Shown: positions 1-16,971 of the stretch, in pieces
Layout: each line of letters begins with the position of its first letter
Position numbering within the stretch: position 1 is the stretch's first letter
Assembly (NCBI GenBank): GCA_021613535.1
Contig: CP075495.1
Location: 12,524,001 to 12,588,000, forward strand
Direction of reading: 5' to 3'
Length of the DNA: 64,000 bases
Origin: Adineta vaga
Taxonomy: Eukaryota; Animalia; Rotifera
Position numbers and translations under genes: made by a program
The notes under the pieces: model-generated
Told to the model about the DNA's origin: nothing
Database searches by the model: none
Seen by the model: only the letters and a program-made list of their open reading frames with translations

Positions 1-2019
1 ACTTTTATTTATTGATAAATATTTTCATCTGATAATAAAATTTGGAAGACTTTATTTTATTTATTCTTAGATAGTTTATCTTTACATCTAAGAAATGATC
101 ACTTTTTCGGGTTTTTCTCTCTTTTTTTTGTCAATTCTTTCTTTGATGAATATGATTAGTCATTGGATAAATGAATGAATACAAACATGCGGTAGATGCC
201 GTCAATCTATGAATATTGAAAATGCTTTGGATTTAGATGATAGAGAACCATCAATGATAATAATATTTCGAAAATATCTTTTCTTGTAAGTATATATATA
301 TATATATATATATTTGAAAATGCATTCTTTGACTTTTCTATTGCTGTTATTTTTTCTTTGAGCAGATATGCAATCGTACCAATGCAATAGACAGAAATGT
401 CGAAAAGCAAATTATAAAAATAGTGATAAATATCAAATTATTTAGGCAGCATTAAGTATGGTACTCTACAATTTATGATGCTTGATTAAAATTATATAGA
501 TGGATACGCGATATTAACTTGGAAAAATAGTCAATTTTTATTTATTCAGCGAAAAATTAATAACAGGTATTTTTATTTTTTCAATTTCTTAAGTTGAATT
601 ATCTGATTGATAGAATGTATTTTTCTTGATACAATCATATTGAAATTAAAGGTATCGCAATTGTCAATTTTCTATTCAAAAAAATCAATCAAATGTCATA
701 CTTTTCAAACTATTCCTATAATCATCAAAGTCATGGGTCATATTTCTTCCGTTTTCTTCGGCTCATTTGTATTTTCTCATGGCATATTACTAATTAAGTT
801 GAAAAAAAAACATTATATATCATCATCAAAAGTATGATTGCATGGGTCTACGCTCATCGTTAACTGTATCATAATTACATAAATTGATGAAAAAATGAAG
901 GACATATTGTTTTTTTTTCTCATTTCGACATTCAAATATTGTTTACAGCCTCATGCAACACATAATAACTCAATATGATCGATTAAAATCAGAGTTGATA
1001 ATCTTTTGTTCAATAACTAAAATCACTTTTACATTCGTTAAAAATAGAACAGGGTATTGTACTACGCATACAACGAGAACATAGTCCGCTTGAAAAATTC
1101 TTTCAGACACTATTTGTATGATTCTTCTTATTGCTGTATTTTTAGATTCGCTAACGCTTTTCTCTCCATCGATTTTGAATTGATTTGAAAGAATGAATGA
1201 ATGTAGATTTCATTTACATGCATCAATCATCGTACGATGAAAGAGAAAAGAAAGTATCTCGGTATGTTTAGTTTGTTGTTGTTTCATATGTCATACATGG
1301 CGAGAATAGAAACCTGTTTGTATTCCGGTTTGATTTTCTATTGAACAAAAAGAAAGAAACGAAAAGTTCTTGAAAAAAAACACAGACGATCGATGAAAAT
1401 GTATAAGATTGCTTTGAAATCAGGTGTATATTTGCGTTCGTGAGTTTGTTTCAATGTTTCGATTTCACATAAGTGTTTTATGAATAGAGGTAAAAAAAGA
1501 GACTCTTGTCACATACTATTTCTTTTTTTGATCGGTCAACATTAAAAACAATTAGAAAATAAGTAAGAATGTATTTTTTAAAACTGAATTTTTTCTATCT
1601 TACTTTGACTCATTATCATTGCACTCATGTGTGAAATTAACCTTCAAAGTACTTATATGTATATATACGAAAACTAAACGTATATTTTACTATACTATAT
1701 GTATTAACAGTAGTTGTTTTCTTTTTTTGAAAATGACTTCTAAATTTTTTTATGATGGATTTAGTGATCAATTATGAAGAATATAAAATGTTTTTAATCA
1801 GCAATATAACAGATTTAGTCGTCAAAATTTCTTATCTTGATGAATAATCTTTCAGACGTGTTTGATCGTCATGAATCATGATAAAAGTTTTTGTCATATT
1901 GTGATTCAAACAAATGTCGGATGTTCAGATTTTCATACATTAGTTTTTATCAAGCTGTATGTAAGGATACTTGATGTTTGTTTTTACATTTCAGATATAT
2001 TATTCAGTAGTTCTTAATC

Positions 2020-3027
2020 ATGAGTTTTCATCCGTCTCCATCCATTGATTGCCATACGACACCAATGGAAGTCTTATCACCATTTATACAAGAAACAATG
2101 GAAAAGCAGGATCTAACTCGAATGAATGGTGGTTCATCTAATCTTGCTGGTCCAAATAGACCACGGGCTTCTTCAACTGTCGCGAAAACTTGTTGTGATT
2201 ATCATACAACAACTGGGCAATATATATTTCGATGTCCACCAGCGCGTTTAGGCAAATCAACATTTTCTGGAGAAGCTATTTGCATTTCACAAATAGGAAC
2301 ATTGGCATTTTATCAAGCATTACTTAGTGAATTCATTGGAACTATGTTACTTGTATTAGTATGTACATCCACTGGATTATCAATTGCATCAAAATCGATT
2401 CCTGATTTACACGGTGCTTTAGCTGGTGGATTTACTGTTGCTACTCTTGTTGTTGCATTTGGTCATATGAGTGGTGCTCATCTAAATCCAGCAGTCACGG
2501 TATCATTTCTAGTAGCTTCTGAAATTGATATTATACGAGCATTATCATATATTGGTGTACAATTACTTGGTGCGATCAGTGGTTCTTTCTTATTATCATT
2601 ACTAGCACCTGCTCATGCTCAAGGAAATTTAGGTTTGAATACAATAGCAACGGGTGTAACTGTTCCACAAGCCATTATAATTGAATGTATTATTACATTT
2701 ATTCTATGTTATACAGTTCATGCAATTTGTGATAAACGACGAGAAGATATTGGTGGTTCGAAAGCATTAGCAGTTGGTTTAGCAATTACTGTTGGTTGTT
2801 TATTTGGTGGACCATATACCGGTGCATCAATGAATCCAGCTCGATCATTTGGACCGGCAACTGTAATGAATTCATGGGAAAATCATTGGGTATACTGGTT
2901 TGGTCCATTATGTGGTTCTGTTCTAGCCGGAATTATTTATGCGTATGTTCTAAGACAACGACCACCTATTGTTTTACATACAAATTCTACTGCAAATTTA
3001 AATGCAAAAAAGATACCTCCAATTTAA
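2020..3027 (+). CDS. Aquaporin (MIP family, AQP4/classical-type framework), intronless CDS
   Basis: 335-aa ORF with SGAHLNPAVT and TGASMNPARSFGP (two NPA boxes), EFIGT in TM1, HWVYWFGP in TM6 and six hydrophobic segments. An acceptor (tttcag, ~1994) lies 25 nt before the ATG. Confidence 0.96.
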   Translation: MSFHPSPSIDCHTTPMEVLSPFIQETMEKQDLTRMNGGSSNLAGPNRPRASSTVAKTCCDYHTTTGQYIFRCPPARLGKSTFSGEAICISQIGTLAFYQALLSEFIGTMLLVLVCTSTGLSIASKSIPDLHGALAGGFTVATLVVAFGHMSGAHLNPAVTVSFLVASEIDIIRALSYIGVQLLGAISGSFLLSLLAPAHAQGNLGLNTIATGVTVPQAIIIECIITFILCYTVHAICDKRREDIGGSKALAVGLAITVGCLFGGPYTGASMNPARSFGPATVMNSWENHWVYWFGPLCGSVLAGIIYAYVLRQRPPIVLHTNSTANLNAKKIPPI

Positions 3028-3414
3028 ACTCTATCCTCAACATAGAAACTGAAGAATCTCATGTAATTTCCAAACTTATCCTGATAATTTCCAGCCAATG
3101 ATCCTGATATTTCAACTAACAGTCAAATGAATTAAACAAACGAACAAACATTACTATGCGCGAGTTCCTTTTTGCTTTGTTTAGTTCGTTAACATCTACT
3201 AGAGATCTTTTCTTCTTGGTCAAATAATAAACAACATTTATATATTTATTTTTCACAATAAACTACTCAGTTGATCCAATGACATAATTAATTGAGAGAA
3301 AATCATTTCGATTTCATTCCTTTATTTGAAATTTATTTCATTCATAAAGATAAATTAATTAGAAAAGAAAATCATTCAAATTAGTCCGTTAAATCTAGAT
3401 CGTATGATTGAGAT

Positions 3415-6400
3415 TCAAGTTGGTCGTGCATACATTGGTAAATGATATTGATTATAATTAAGATATCTTAACATAATCTCTTCAATTTCATTCTTATAAC
3501 CTTCGCTACGAAATCGTCGAATAATTGCTTTCTTTTGTTCTTCACTAAACTAAAATTTCAATGAATTCTTTTCAATCTATTCAAAAATCAATTCTATTTT
3601 CTTACTATAATATCTTGATCAATTGCTGATTCGAGTGATCCGGTAATTGATGTTTCACTATTTTTCTATAAAAAAAAGAAGCAATTCTATTTGGAAACTA
3701 TGATTTGTTTATATATTTCTCTATACCAAAGTTTTTCTTAAGATATCACGAATTTCATTTCGAACATCGGTAAAACGATCATGAAATAAAGCAACTGTCC
3801 AATTCTCTTGAAAATATCTGAATAAAATAGAAATATCAATAGTACATGAAAGATAATAATCATTGAATTCATACGTAAATAGATCAGTAATAAGACCTTC
3901 ATTGTAACGTTGTCGAAGATTATTAAGTAATCGTTCATGTAAACCATATAATTGAGAAAGATTATAAACATCAATTTTCTAGAATTATTTTCAAAAACCA
4001 ATATTTAGATTTAGTTGATATTTGAAAGAAAAGAAAAGTAAATCTTACATCATGATGAAGACAAACAATAGTACGAACAATTCCAGTTGAATCGAGATGA
4101 AGACGAAAATAATTATTTTTCTCATTTGTTATTATATCAATACCCTAAAAATAATCAATTGACTTTTTCTCAAACCAAACATTCGTATTGAATATTTACA
4201 TAATTTTCAATCTTTTTAACAATTTCATAATTAACTGTAGGACCAGTTTGACAAACATGTAAATAATGAAGATTTCCTAGAATAAAAAAACAACATAATT
4301 CTTTAGTAGTTTGCCTTCGATTAACTTTAGAATAGTATTCAACTTGACGAATCTAGAGAACAGTTCATGGTCAGTAAAGATAAACAAACCTGGTAGAACA
4401 GCATAAATACGTTTTGGTTTCTTATATAATGGAATGAGTGGATGTTTGCCAGACGGTGTTTTTGGTGGTGTAAATATAGGATCATATTGTGCAAATAATT
4501 CATTGGCAAGCTAAATAGAATTTCACATAAATATTCATTACGAAAAGAAAAGATAGTATTGAACGAACCATATTTCCAACTTCTTTTGAATTAAAACATG
4601 TATGTGACCAATCATCTCGATGATAACCACGTTTAAATTTTGTTAAAGATCCACCAGCATAAATTATTCGATCATTAGTACGATTATGTTCATCGATTAC
4701 CAGTCGTCCATCGAAGACCAATGAACTTTGATTAATAGCAATAAATGCATCATAATTAACTTGTTTATTAACAAAACAAAATAGTGTCTTCAAATGAAAA
4801 GATGTATATAATGAATAAAAGATCAGAATTTCGTTTTCATTACCGTGCATTTTAAATTAAGATCTTTGCCTTGTTTCTTATCATGTGAACGGAATACAAC
4901 ACGTTCAACTGGTTGATTCATATCAATAGCATCATGACTTCGCCATTCATCCATCATATAATCTTCATGTATTTCAATATTTAATTCTCGTAATTCTTCT
5001 TGTACAGTTTTTAATACTATTGGATCATTAAAAGCATTCATCTACCAATCATACAAAGAATTCATATATATATATTATAAAATAAAGAAGAAAACAATAT
5101 GTCTCACATTTTGATGTTCAGGAGGAGTGATAAGTTTGATAGAAGTCGATGGAATTCCATTAGCTAAAAGCGCATTAATACAAGAATAGGATTCAAGTGT
5201 TGCTCCATAGATCAGAATTGAATCTACGAAAAAACATATTTCATTTTCTACTTCAATAGTATAATCATTTACGTTCGGTATGATGATTCATTTGAAACCA
5301 TTTCAAAACCATCGCAGCATCAAATTCATCATTAATAGTTAAGACATTCGGTGGAGCAGGTTCTACAAAATAGAAGTCGACCTTTTTTTTTCTCTAGAGA
5401 AAAACATTCAAAATAACAATACCGAATAAAATACGATCAATTCTAGATGGTACAATTTTTTTATTCAATGGATTGACGACAATTGTCTTCAATGGTGCTG
5501 TAACATGATATTGATTGCCTGTACATAACAGTAAATGATCATAAGGTACGACCGTTTCATCATCAAGTATAGCCAATTTCATTGGTCGATTAAGACTAAC
5601 TAATTTGGCACAGATAATATTAACGTACGAACGAAGTGAAAGTCGACTTAATTCTTCAGTTTCATATTCCAAGCTGCCAAAGAACGAGATAATAAAGGTT
5701 AATTTCATTTGAAGCTTTTTTTTTCAAAACTTACTTTGATGGTAGAAATAAATTTCGAGAAGATGATGGTGGAAATTCACCTGGCATACCATGAGGTGAA
5801 ATCAATGTTAGATTATTGAAACGAAGATAAGGACTAAAAAAGAACGAAAGTATCGTTATTACAGGATTTGGAATATGAAGAAAGATACTTACCACATAAT
5901 GAGAGCTTCCAAAACAGCCAATCCTAAGAAAATATTCGAATAAAATACAAATTCAAACAGATATTCATTCAACATACCAACAGTCGATGCACCAATAACA
6001 ACGATTCGTGCATTGATTGTTATCTGTAAAATAAAATGAATACTATTTATTGGACGCATGATTTTTATTTCTATCATCTATACTTTTGTTTCCATCAGAA
6101 GTTTCATCGCTGTCATAGTTAATGAAAATGGACTATGTGATAAACTTGCTAATCGTCCCAGAACACAATCAGTTGGTGCATTCATTTTCAATTCTTCTAA
6201 ATTATACTCAACTAAACGACGCGGACGTACTGGTACTAAATAATGAATCGCATAAGTTGGCGAATGATGTTTGAGCATCTAAAAGTAGCATAATAATAAT
6301 CATAATAGTGTATTTGAACGACAAGGACATAGGTCATACTTCATCATCTGCATAACGTGGAAAAATTGGATAGAAAACACATGTTTTGTTAATTTTGCGT

Positions 6401-9060
6401 AGAATTTCTTTTAAAAATAATCGAGTCATATAAGCAAAGATCGGATTGATTACAAAATGATACAAATGAATATGATCATTACGCTTATGTAAATTAAAAT
6501 AAATGAAATCTTCAACATTATATTGTGAACGCAGATAATCAACATTCTATAAATAGAAATCATTCGGTTTTTTTTGAAAATATGTAACTTATGAAGACAT
6601 AGATAGTATACGAACTTCTTCATTACTGAATATAATTACAGCACTTGTTTGATTCGTAACATTAACGATATAAGCATCCAGAAAAGCATTTGTATCCTAT
6701 GAATATAATTATATATCAGAAATAGATAAAAGAAGAATGAAGTTCTTTCAATCATCCACATGTTTCAATAAAGTTCTTTTGTCAAAGCTAGATAATCGTC
6801 CTTTTTACTTGTATCTTTATGAATCTACTTACACTTCGTTTACGACTTCGTACAGCATCCAAAAAATCATTGATAATTTTCTCACGAGCCGAGAAATGTT
6901 CTGTCAATCGTTTGACTGTATCAAGATGTTTTTCAGTAGCACGTTCAATAGAAATTTCACGTAATAAACCAGCACGATGAAACAAATATAATTCTTGTAT
7001 ATTCGGTAAATGTACACGTGGTGGAATACGCTGTAAACATTTTTTTTAGAAAAGAAAAATTTGTTTAAAAGAACGATAAAACATACAATAAATGATTGTA
7101 AAAGTGGAAATTCTGGAACCATTTGTGGAATGGAAATAATACAATAATCACGATCAGGAAACATATCAAATGCTTTTTGTAAGAAATCAAAAGAACTATA
7201 ATAGAGAAGAGAAAAGTAATGTTTGATCTGGAGATTTGAATATTAACTTACCGTTTTTCATAGACTTCACTGATACAAAATAATTGAATAACAAAAGCTT
7301 TTTCTTTGCCGAAAAATTTCGGTGTTTGACTAATCAATTTTGGTTTGATATATTTCGATGGATCTTCTGCTGCTAACTATAACAATACATAAAAGAAAAT
7401 ATGTATCATTTATATTGATATGAAAAGAAATAGAAAACTTCGATGACTGACGAGTAATTTACCTGTGCTTTTGTCATTTTTGCTCGTTGAGCAGATGTAT
7501 CAGTAATTTCTAAAACAGCATCATTATTATCATTGTCAACATTGTCATCTCTATTGAAAAAATAAAACAAAAAATAAATATTTATTTCCAATACATTATT
7601 ATCAAAAACATACCCATTTAAATGAGTTAAATCTTCAGCTGATTTATTCGATGTTGTCGTTGCATAATCTGATGCTGTTAAACTATTATGATCTAATTGT
7701 CCTCCATTTGATTTCACTTGTTTATTATTTTTATCTGAATCCGTTGCTGTTGCAGCATTATTTGATAATTGATGTGATAGTTCATTAGTATTTCCTCCTG
7801 TTTCAACAGCTCGTTGCATCGCTTCTAATGCTGGATTAGATTTAACATGAATATTTGTATCGTCATGTGATACATTTTCACCATGTGTGTAAACATCAGA
7901 ATTAGGTAAATAACCTTCTGTTTCTTCTATCATTTGATGATTCCATTCATCGTTTGGATGTGATGAACGTAAACCATGAAAAGCTGATAGAACATAGATT
8001 TCATTGAGTACATCGACATTCACTTCTTTTGATATACTCATAAAACCAATAGCATAACCATTATACTGAATTGAAAACGATAATTTTTTTAGAGAAATTT
8101 TTCTTTCAAAGTAAAATATTACTTCTGCAATTAATGCTTTATTATCTTCATCTTGTGATTCAATTAATTCAGCAACGAAAAAATCCCCATACGTTTGTCG
8201 AAGAATTTCATTATATTGATTAAATAATGGAGCAAGATCATCATTATCTTGTACTCTAGAATGAAAAAACAAACGATATTTTTTCGATGTGTTATAAGAA
8301 TAAGAGTGAAGATCATATATATATATATATATCTTTACCGAGCTGTTCGAATAAATAATGCTGGAAAATGATCTTTACGATAACAAGCCATCACAGCACA
8401 TTTATTATCCGATCGTTCACTTTCAATGGGTCGAAAATATTTTGCTAAAGCACTTTCTAATAGAAATATTCAATATTCGTATATATAGTTATGAAAATAA
8501 AATCTATGAACAAACCCGGTGTTATTTGTGAAGGTACACAGAGAAGAATTTGATTGATTTCTGGTAATGCTCGAAAAGTCACATTAAGTATTTCTTCTGC
8601 ACATCCTTCCGAAAAATCCGGCTGAGAAACAAATAAATGCAAGAAAAGTGTATTAATTGCATTGAATTTGGATGTTTCAGCTGTCTTATCATATGAATTT
8701 TTCTTCCACCATTTCTCTTCCCAATCATTCGATGGTACACCATGTACATTTGGATAATCATAAAATGCCGCTAATGCATATACTTCATCGTCATTATCAT
8801 CGAGTGTTAATGCAAATATTGCATGTTCCCTGTGAATAAAAAAAAACATGAATTTCATTTTCTAATAAGACATTTACTTACAAAATAGAGGAAATATTTT
8901 CTTCTCGAATAATACGTCCAAAAACATCAGTTGTATATGTTTGAACAAGTTCTTTCGCTTTTCTTGCATCACGTGCTTCTGTTCGACGTGCATGAATATT
9001 TAGCGATGTTCCTGGACGTGATAATTCTCTCGATGGAGCCAGAAAAGATGGTGATTGCAT
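3415..9060 (-). CDS. CFAP61: Cilia- and flagella-associated protein 61, multi-exon
   Basis: Exons encode ARRTE, NTLFLHLFV, VQDNDDLAPLF, FPDRDYCIISIP, PVRPRR, INARIVVIGASTVG, YDHLLLCTG, LVFDGRLVID and the C-terminal YLNYNQYHLPMYARPT*. ATG at 9060, stop at 3415-3417. Confidence 0.92.
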
Positions 9061-9940
9061 CTTTTATTTTTCTGTCCGAAATCTACAAATGAGAATACGA
9101 ATTAATATGATGATCTTCTATATCTTGATTGTAATCATAAAAATTATTTCAAATGACAATAAACAAAAGAAATACATATTAGACAAAATTGTTTCTCGTT
9201 TTTTGGTTTTTCTATGTTCAAGAAGAAGAAGAAAAAAAACGAAACAGAAAGAAAAACAAAAGATACGCACTGATACAGAGTTTTATCACGCATTTCGTTT
9301 TATTGGTTTGATATGAAAGCACAGAGATGATGTTGAAGAGAATAGGGAGATTTCCATATTAATCAAAACAAAAAATAGAACGAATATAATTACATATCAT
9401 AGAAAAAACAAATTGTGAGAAGAAGAAAAAAACCTAATGCCTGTGAATAGAAAATAGATGGAAGAAAACAGGATAGTAATGAGAAAAGAAAAATAAATCT
9501 CTCGATGTTTAGTAGATGATATTTTTCGTATTAAATAAAATTGAAAATAAGAATATTTTTCATTCTCATTTACAGACAAATTATTCAATTATTTGTTGTT
9601 GCTGATACTTTGTTTTGAATGAAAGAATTTCTCACACGGGTTTCTATGAATCGAATAAGTGAAAAATGTGATTATAGGAGAATATGATTTCTTTTTTTTT
9701 CTTGTATCAATGGACGGTTGGTGAAAAGAAATAAGACTGAGATCTGACAATTATGGTGGAAAAAAAGAACACCTTTAACGTGCAAAATAGAAAACAAACA
9801 AACAAAAAACAAAAATAAAATTAGGAAGCGATAGACCAAGGGGAAACGCGAGAGAAAGAAAGAAAAGAAAAACATCACACGAAGAAGATGAAATAGTAGA
9901 GAATATATAATGAACATCGCTTGATTGGTTGTACAGATGA

Positions 9941-12857
<2,917 letters not shown>

Positions 12858-15800
12858 TGAAACGAACGAAAGAAAAAAATATGTATAAGTTCAGACGACA
12901 ATGATGATTGTAACTAAAAAAAAAGGAAAGAAAACATTCAAGGTTTTACAATGAATTATATAGAACATTTCATTAATTATTCATTTCAGTGAAAATATTT
13001 GAAAATAGTCTGAACTTTCTGAATAACTCTGACTACTCACTAAGATAAACTATGGATTATTGTTAAGAGTTTCAATCATTTGTTATAGATCAGATCAAAA
13101 TTGAATATCTTTTGAACATAGTTTTGTAAATGCTTTAGTAAATAACTTAAAAAAATCTAAAATAACCGATAGATGTATGTATAGTTACAGAATAGAAAAT
13201 ATACTCGTTCCGAAACTTACACATAGAAAAAGTAATTTTTCTTTTTCTTCCTCGGCAAAACATAAACTAAGTTTCATAGGTTTGCCTTGTCTAGTGTTTT
13301 TTTCTCTCTTCTACTATTAAACATTATCGTCATATTACAAGTGTGCGTTCCCTCTTCTTTTTTTAAAGTGAACATGCAAAAATACTAAGAAAAATATTTT
13401 CCTTCTAGTCTTTCTTTTGTTCTCAATCTCAAGTTAAACTTCCGATCGGTTTTCTTGTTTTTAAACATACCTGTTCAATCGCAATGAAATGTTTAAAAGG
13501 GAAATGTGCTACTATTATGACAAGGTCAATAATCTAATGTTGTTTTTTTTGCTGTCTGCATGTGAGTGTACTAAAAAAATGTCACACATCAACAAAACTG
13601 AAGGAGGGAAAGAGAGGGGGGAAAAAGACGAGAAGAGAGAATTGCATTTGTAAAATGTGATTAAGAATAGAGACGACGACGAGTAACAGAACAGGACACT
13701 TTCTCTGACACATTTTACCTTCTTTTTAACTTGAAAGTATATATCTTCACATTGCAAACGTGTGTTGAAACGTAAAGAGCGAAAAGATTGAAGGCAAGAT
13801 TGGCGAATAGAAACCACATACTAACAGAATCGAAAAGGCAGAGTACGTTCATCAAGGTCTTCTATCGTCTATTTTCTTTTACCTAATAATGATACGGTCG
13901 TCGTCATATGTTTATGACATGTCTACCTGTTTTTCGAACTTAAAAGTCCTTAAATTAATAGAATACTCGGCAAGTAACTGCATTATCTTCTATGTTTATA
14001 TGTGTGTATATAGTCTTATCTTATTAGCTTCTTTTTTTCCTTTTATTTCAATATGTTGTTATTTATTATCGATAAAAACCTTCGAATCTCTTCCGAGAAG
14101 TAATATACGTGACAGAAAAAAAAGTCAATCTCTTTTTCTCTCTCAGTATATAAAGAAATAAAATGGCTTAGTTTAATCATCCTAGTTTCATTCTTTTTTT
14201 TTCGCTTTGTGTACTGATGTATTCACAGATGTTATATTCATATGAAATGAAATGAATAATAGAGGAAATATTTCATATTTAAACTAAAAAATTCCTGATG
14301 GAATCAGTCAATCGTAATTATCTATCTATTTTCGGAAATAAAGTTCATAATAAAATGTATTTACGTGACTATGATAATCTTCTTTGTCTGAGAAATTTAT
14401 CCTGGATATAAACTGATTGAAAGAAGAAAAGGAAATAAAAGAAAAAAAATCAAAGAGTTTGCGTGTGTAGATGAAGCACAGTCTGAGAAGATCTGGTTAC
14501 ATGACGCTACTTTTGATCTTCTAGTCTTCCAAGCAAGCGTATATCTATATGTTGAAAATCAGATTAATTTATCATAAATAGAGAACAGGCAAGGGGATCA
14601 CCTACCCGTCTTCTTATTTTTTTTCCTCAATGTCGAAGATAAATGCAAATGGATATAGCTTAAGAGTATGTCCTAATCGTTGATCTCGATTATCCTTCAG
14701 TAACTAAACAAAGAAGAACATCACTAACATCAGTATAAACGCTGACGCAATCCAATAACGGTAGTAGGTGGAGAAATGAAGGAGGGACAACAACATCGCT
14801 CATCGTTCGTTCAACAATTTTCAACGTGCCAATTCAATAAATTCATGTATTGATTTGCTTATTCGTTCGGCTTACAATCGAGAATGACAACGAACGATAA
14901 GAGAAAGAAAAAAGAGAAAAAGAAAAAGAAACAATAGGACCAGATTAGTGTATTACCATCTCAGAGTAGTTATAACATTGAACTAACAAATATACAAAGA
15001 AAAGAACGACAACGATTTTCATACTCATTACATATATTTTTCTTTCAGATGATCAACATATATATATATATATATACATTTATCCGTCAATGATATCTGA
15101 TTACCATCGAACACTTACAAGGTCAATTTATATTTCTCTTCAAGCAAAACAATAGTAACAACGGAAGTATTCGAACTCACTTCATTATCAAGAGTACCTA
15201 TTGTTCAATATTAAGAAAGGAAAAGAGAAGAATTTTTAAGATTCTTTTCTTTATTTATAGAAAAAGAAAAGAATCGGCATATATATTCGAAATTTCGCAT
15301 CTAAACGAAAAGTTTTACAAATTGCTCTCGAATAAATGTCAAGTGAAAATGAGATGTTTTTTAAAATAAAAGATTATATTTTCAGAATAAATTTGAGATC
15401 TATTCAAATGATAGATAGACTCTTATGTCTATGATAGTGTATTTAATCAATACTCTTGAAAATGAACATGAAGTGGTGTCTAAGATGATTGAATTATAGG
15501 ACGAAACGAATACACATACCTTTTGACCTTTAACAGAATAATTGTGATTGATGTGTAATTAATAATTATTCATCAATTTCAACAAAACGATCAATCAATT
15601 TTCTATAGTTAACTTGATATTGATAATAATATACACATAAATACATTGAAGTATTCTACAACAGAAAAAAAAATGTCATTAGAAATCGAAATACAAATGA
15701 TCTGCAAAAGATAATCCATGTATTTAAGAAGAATGAATGAATATGTTTAGATTAGATTGATATAATATGAATAGAAATATCAGATCTAGTCAGTGTTTGA

Positions 15801-16971
15801 TTTGTGTATTTACATGAAAAATGTAACAGATGCTTCTATGATGGCCATTACTTAACTGGTTACTGTGCATACCGAAAGAGGCAATATGTATTATTTTCAT
15901 TCCTACAAGAATGACATCTCTGTTATAAGAATGTAACGATGACTAGCGCCATCATCATCATCATTACTGAATAAAAATGATCGACAATATAACGAATGTA
16001 TTTTTCTTATACGTTTCAATAATATTGGCATGTACTGTTGTCACTTATAGCTACTTCTCTGAAGACAAATATATCGAAAATAGGAAGAAACTCTTGACAT
16101 AATCCAGTTAAAGAGAGTCTGAAGTAATGGGAAAAGAAAAAGAAGACTATACTTTCTGAGAGTTAACTTCTTTAATATAAAGAGCAATCAGATAAGTCAG
16201 TGTAATTAGGTAGAGAAGAAAATAGCAATTCGAGTACGCTTGAATTAATTGTCATAATTGTTCGTGATGCAGTTGTTAGTTAACAGATATGACTCTATAA
16301 TTTAAAAGTGAACAAAGAAATGCCACGATTAACTTATAGCTTTTCTTTTTAAATAAAAAATCAAATCAAAACAAAGCAATGTTTCATTCAAATCTTCATT
16401 TTAATATATAGAAGGTTAATGGTACGATTTAAACAATTTATCACGCTGAACATTGAACAAAAAAACTAAATATAATGATAGTTCTTGAGTACAAAATATC
16501 ACCTAATACTATAATCAATATCTATATATATATATTCATTTCAAAACATATCATTAAGAAAAAAAAATCATTAGAGGGATATTTTTACCAGATTAAACCA
16601 ATCATAAAACTGATGGGATGTCGTAGTACTGTTTATACTCCGACAAACAATGTACACACTAAAATATTCTTCTCGAACAATTGTGAGTGAAATACTTTTC
16701 ACTCGAAGAAATAGATTGATATGCGTTTATCTGCCGCATCATAGTTGGGTTGAAACTATATTTTCATATGATATAAAAAATAATCGTAATGAAACCTTTC
16801 TGATGGATAATTTTCGAATATTTATTTTCAAACTTGCTTTTTTCTCGTATAATAAAAACAACAGCACTACCTCGACACACGCAAACACATATATATATAT
16901 ATATGTAAGATTGTGTAAATAAGTGCTATTTATTTGTTTCAGTTGAAATTTTAGTACAATTTATTTTAAAT

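Noticed and set aside
1-1990. Short ORFs at 202-837
   Set aside because: They run through a (TA)n tract, are compositionally AT-biased, and have no motifs or splice structure.
13500-16900. Long gene-free stretch with short ORFs
   Set aside because: No coding signal. Most simply the DYRK upstream regulatory region plus the neuropeptide 3' flank.
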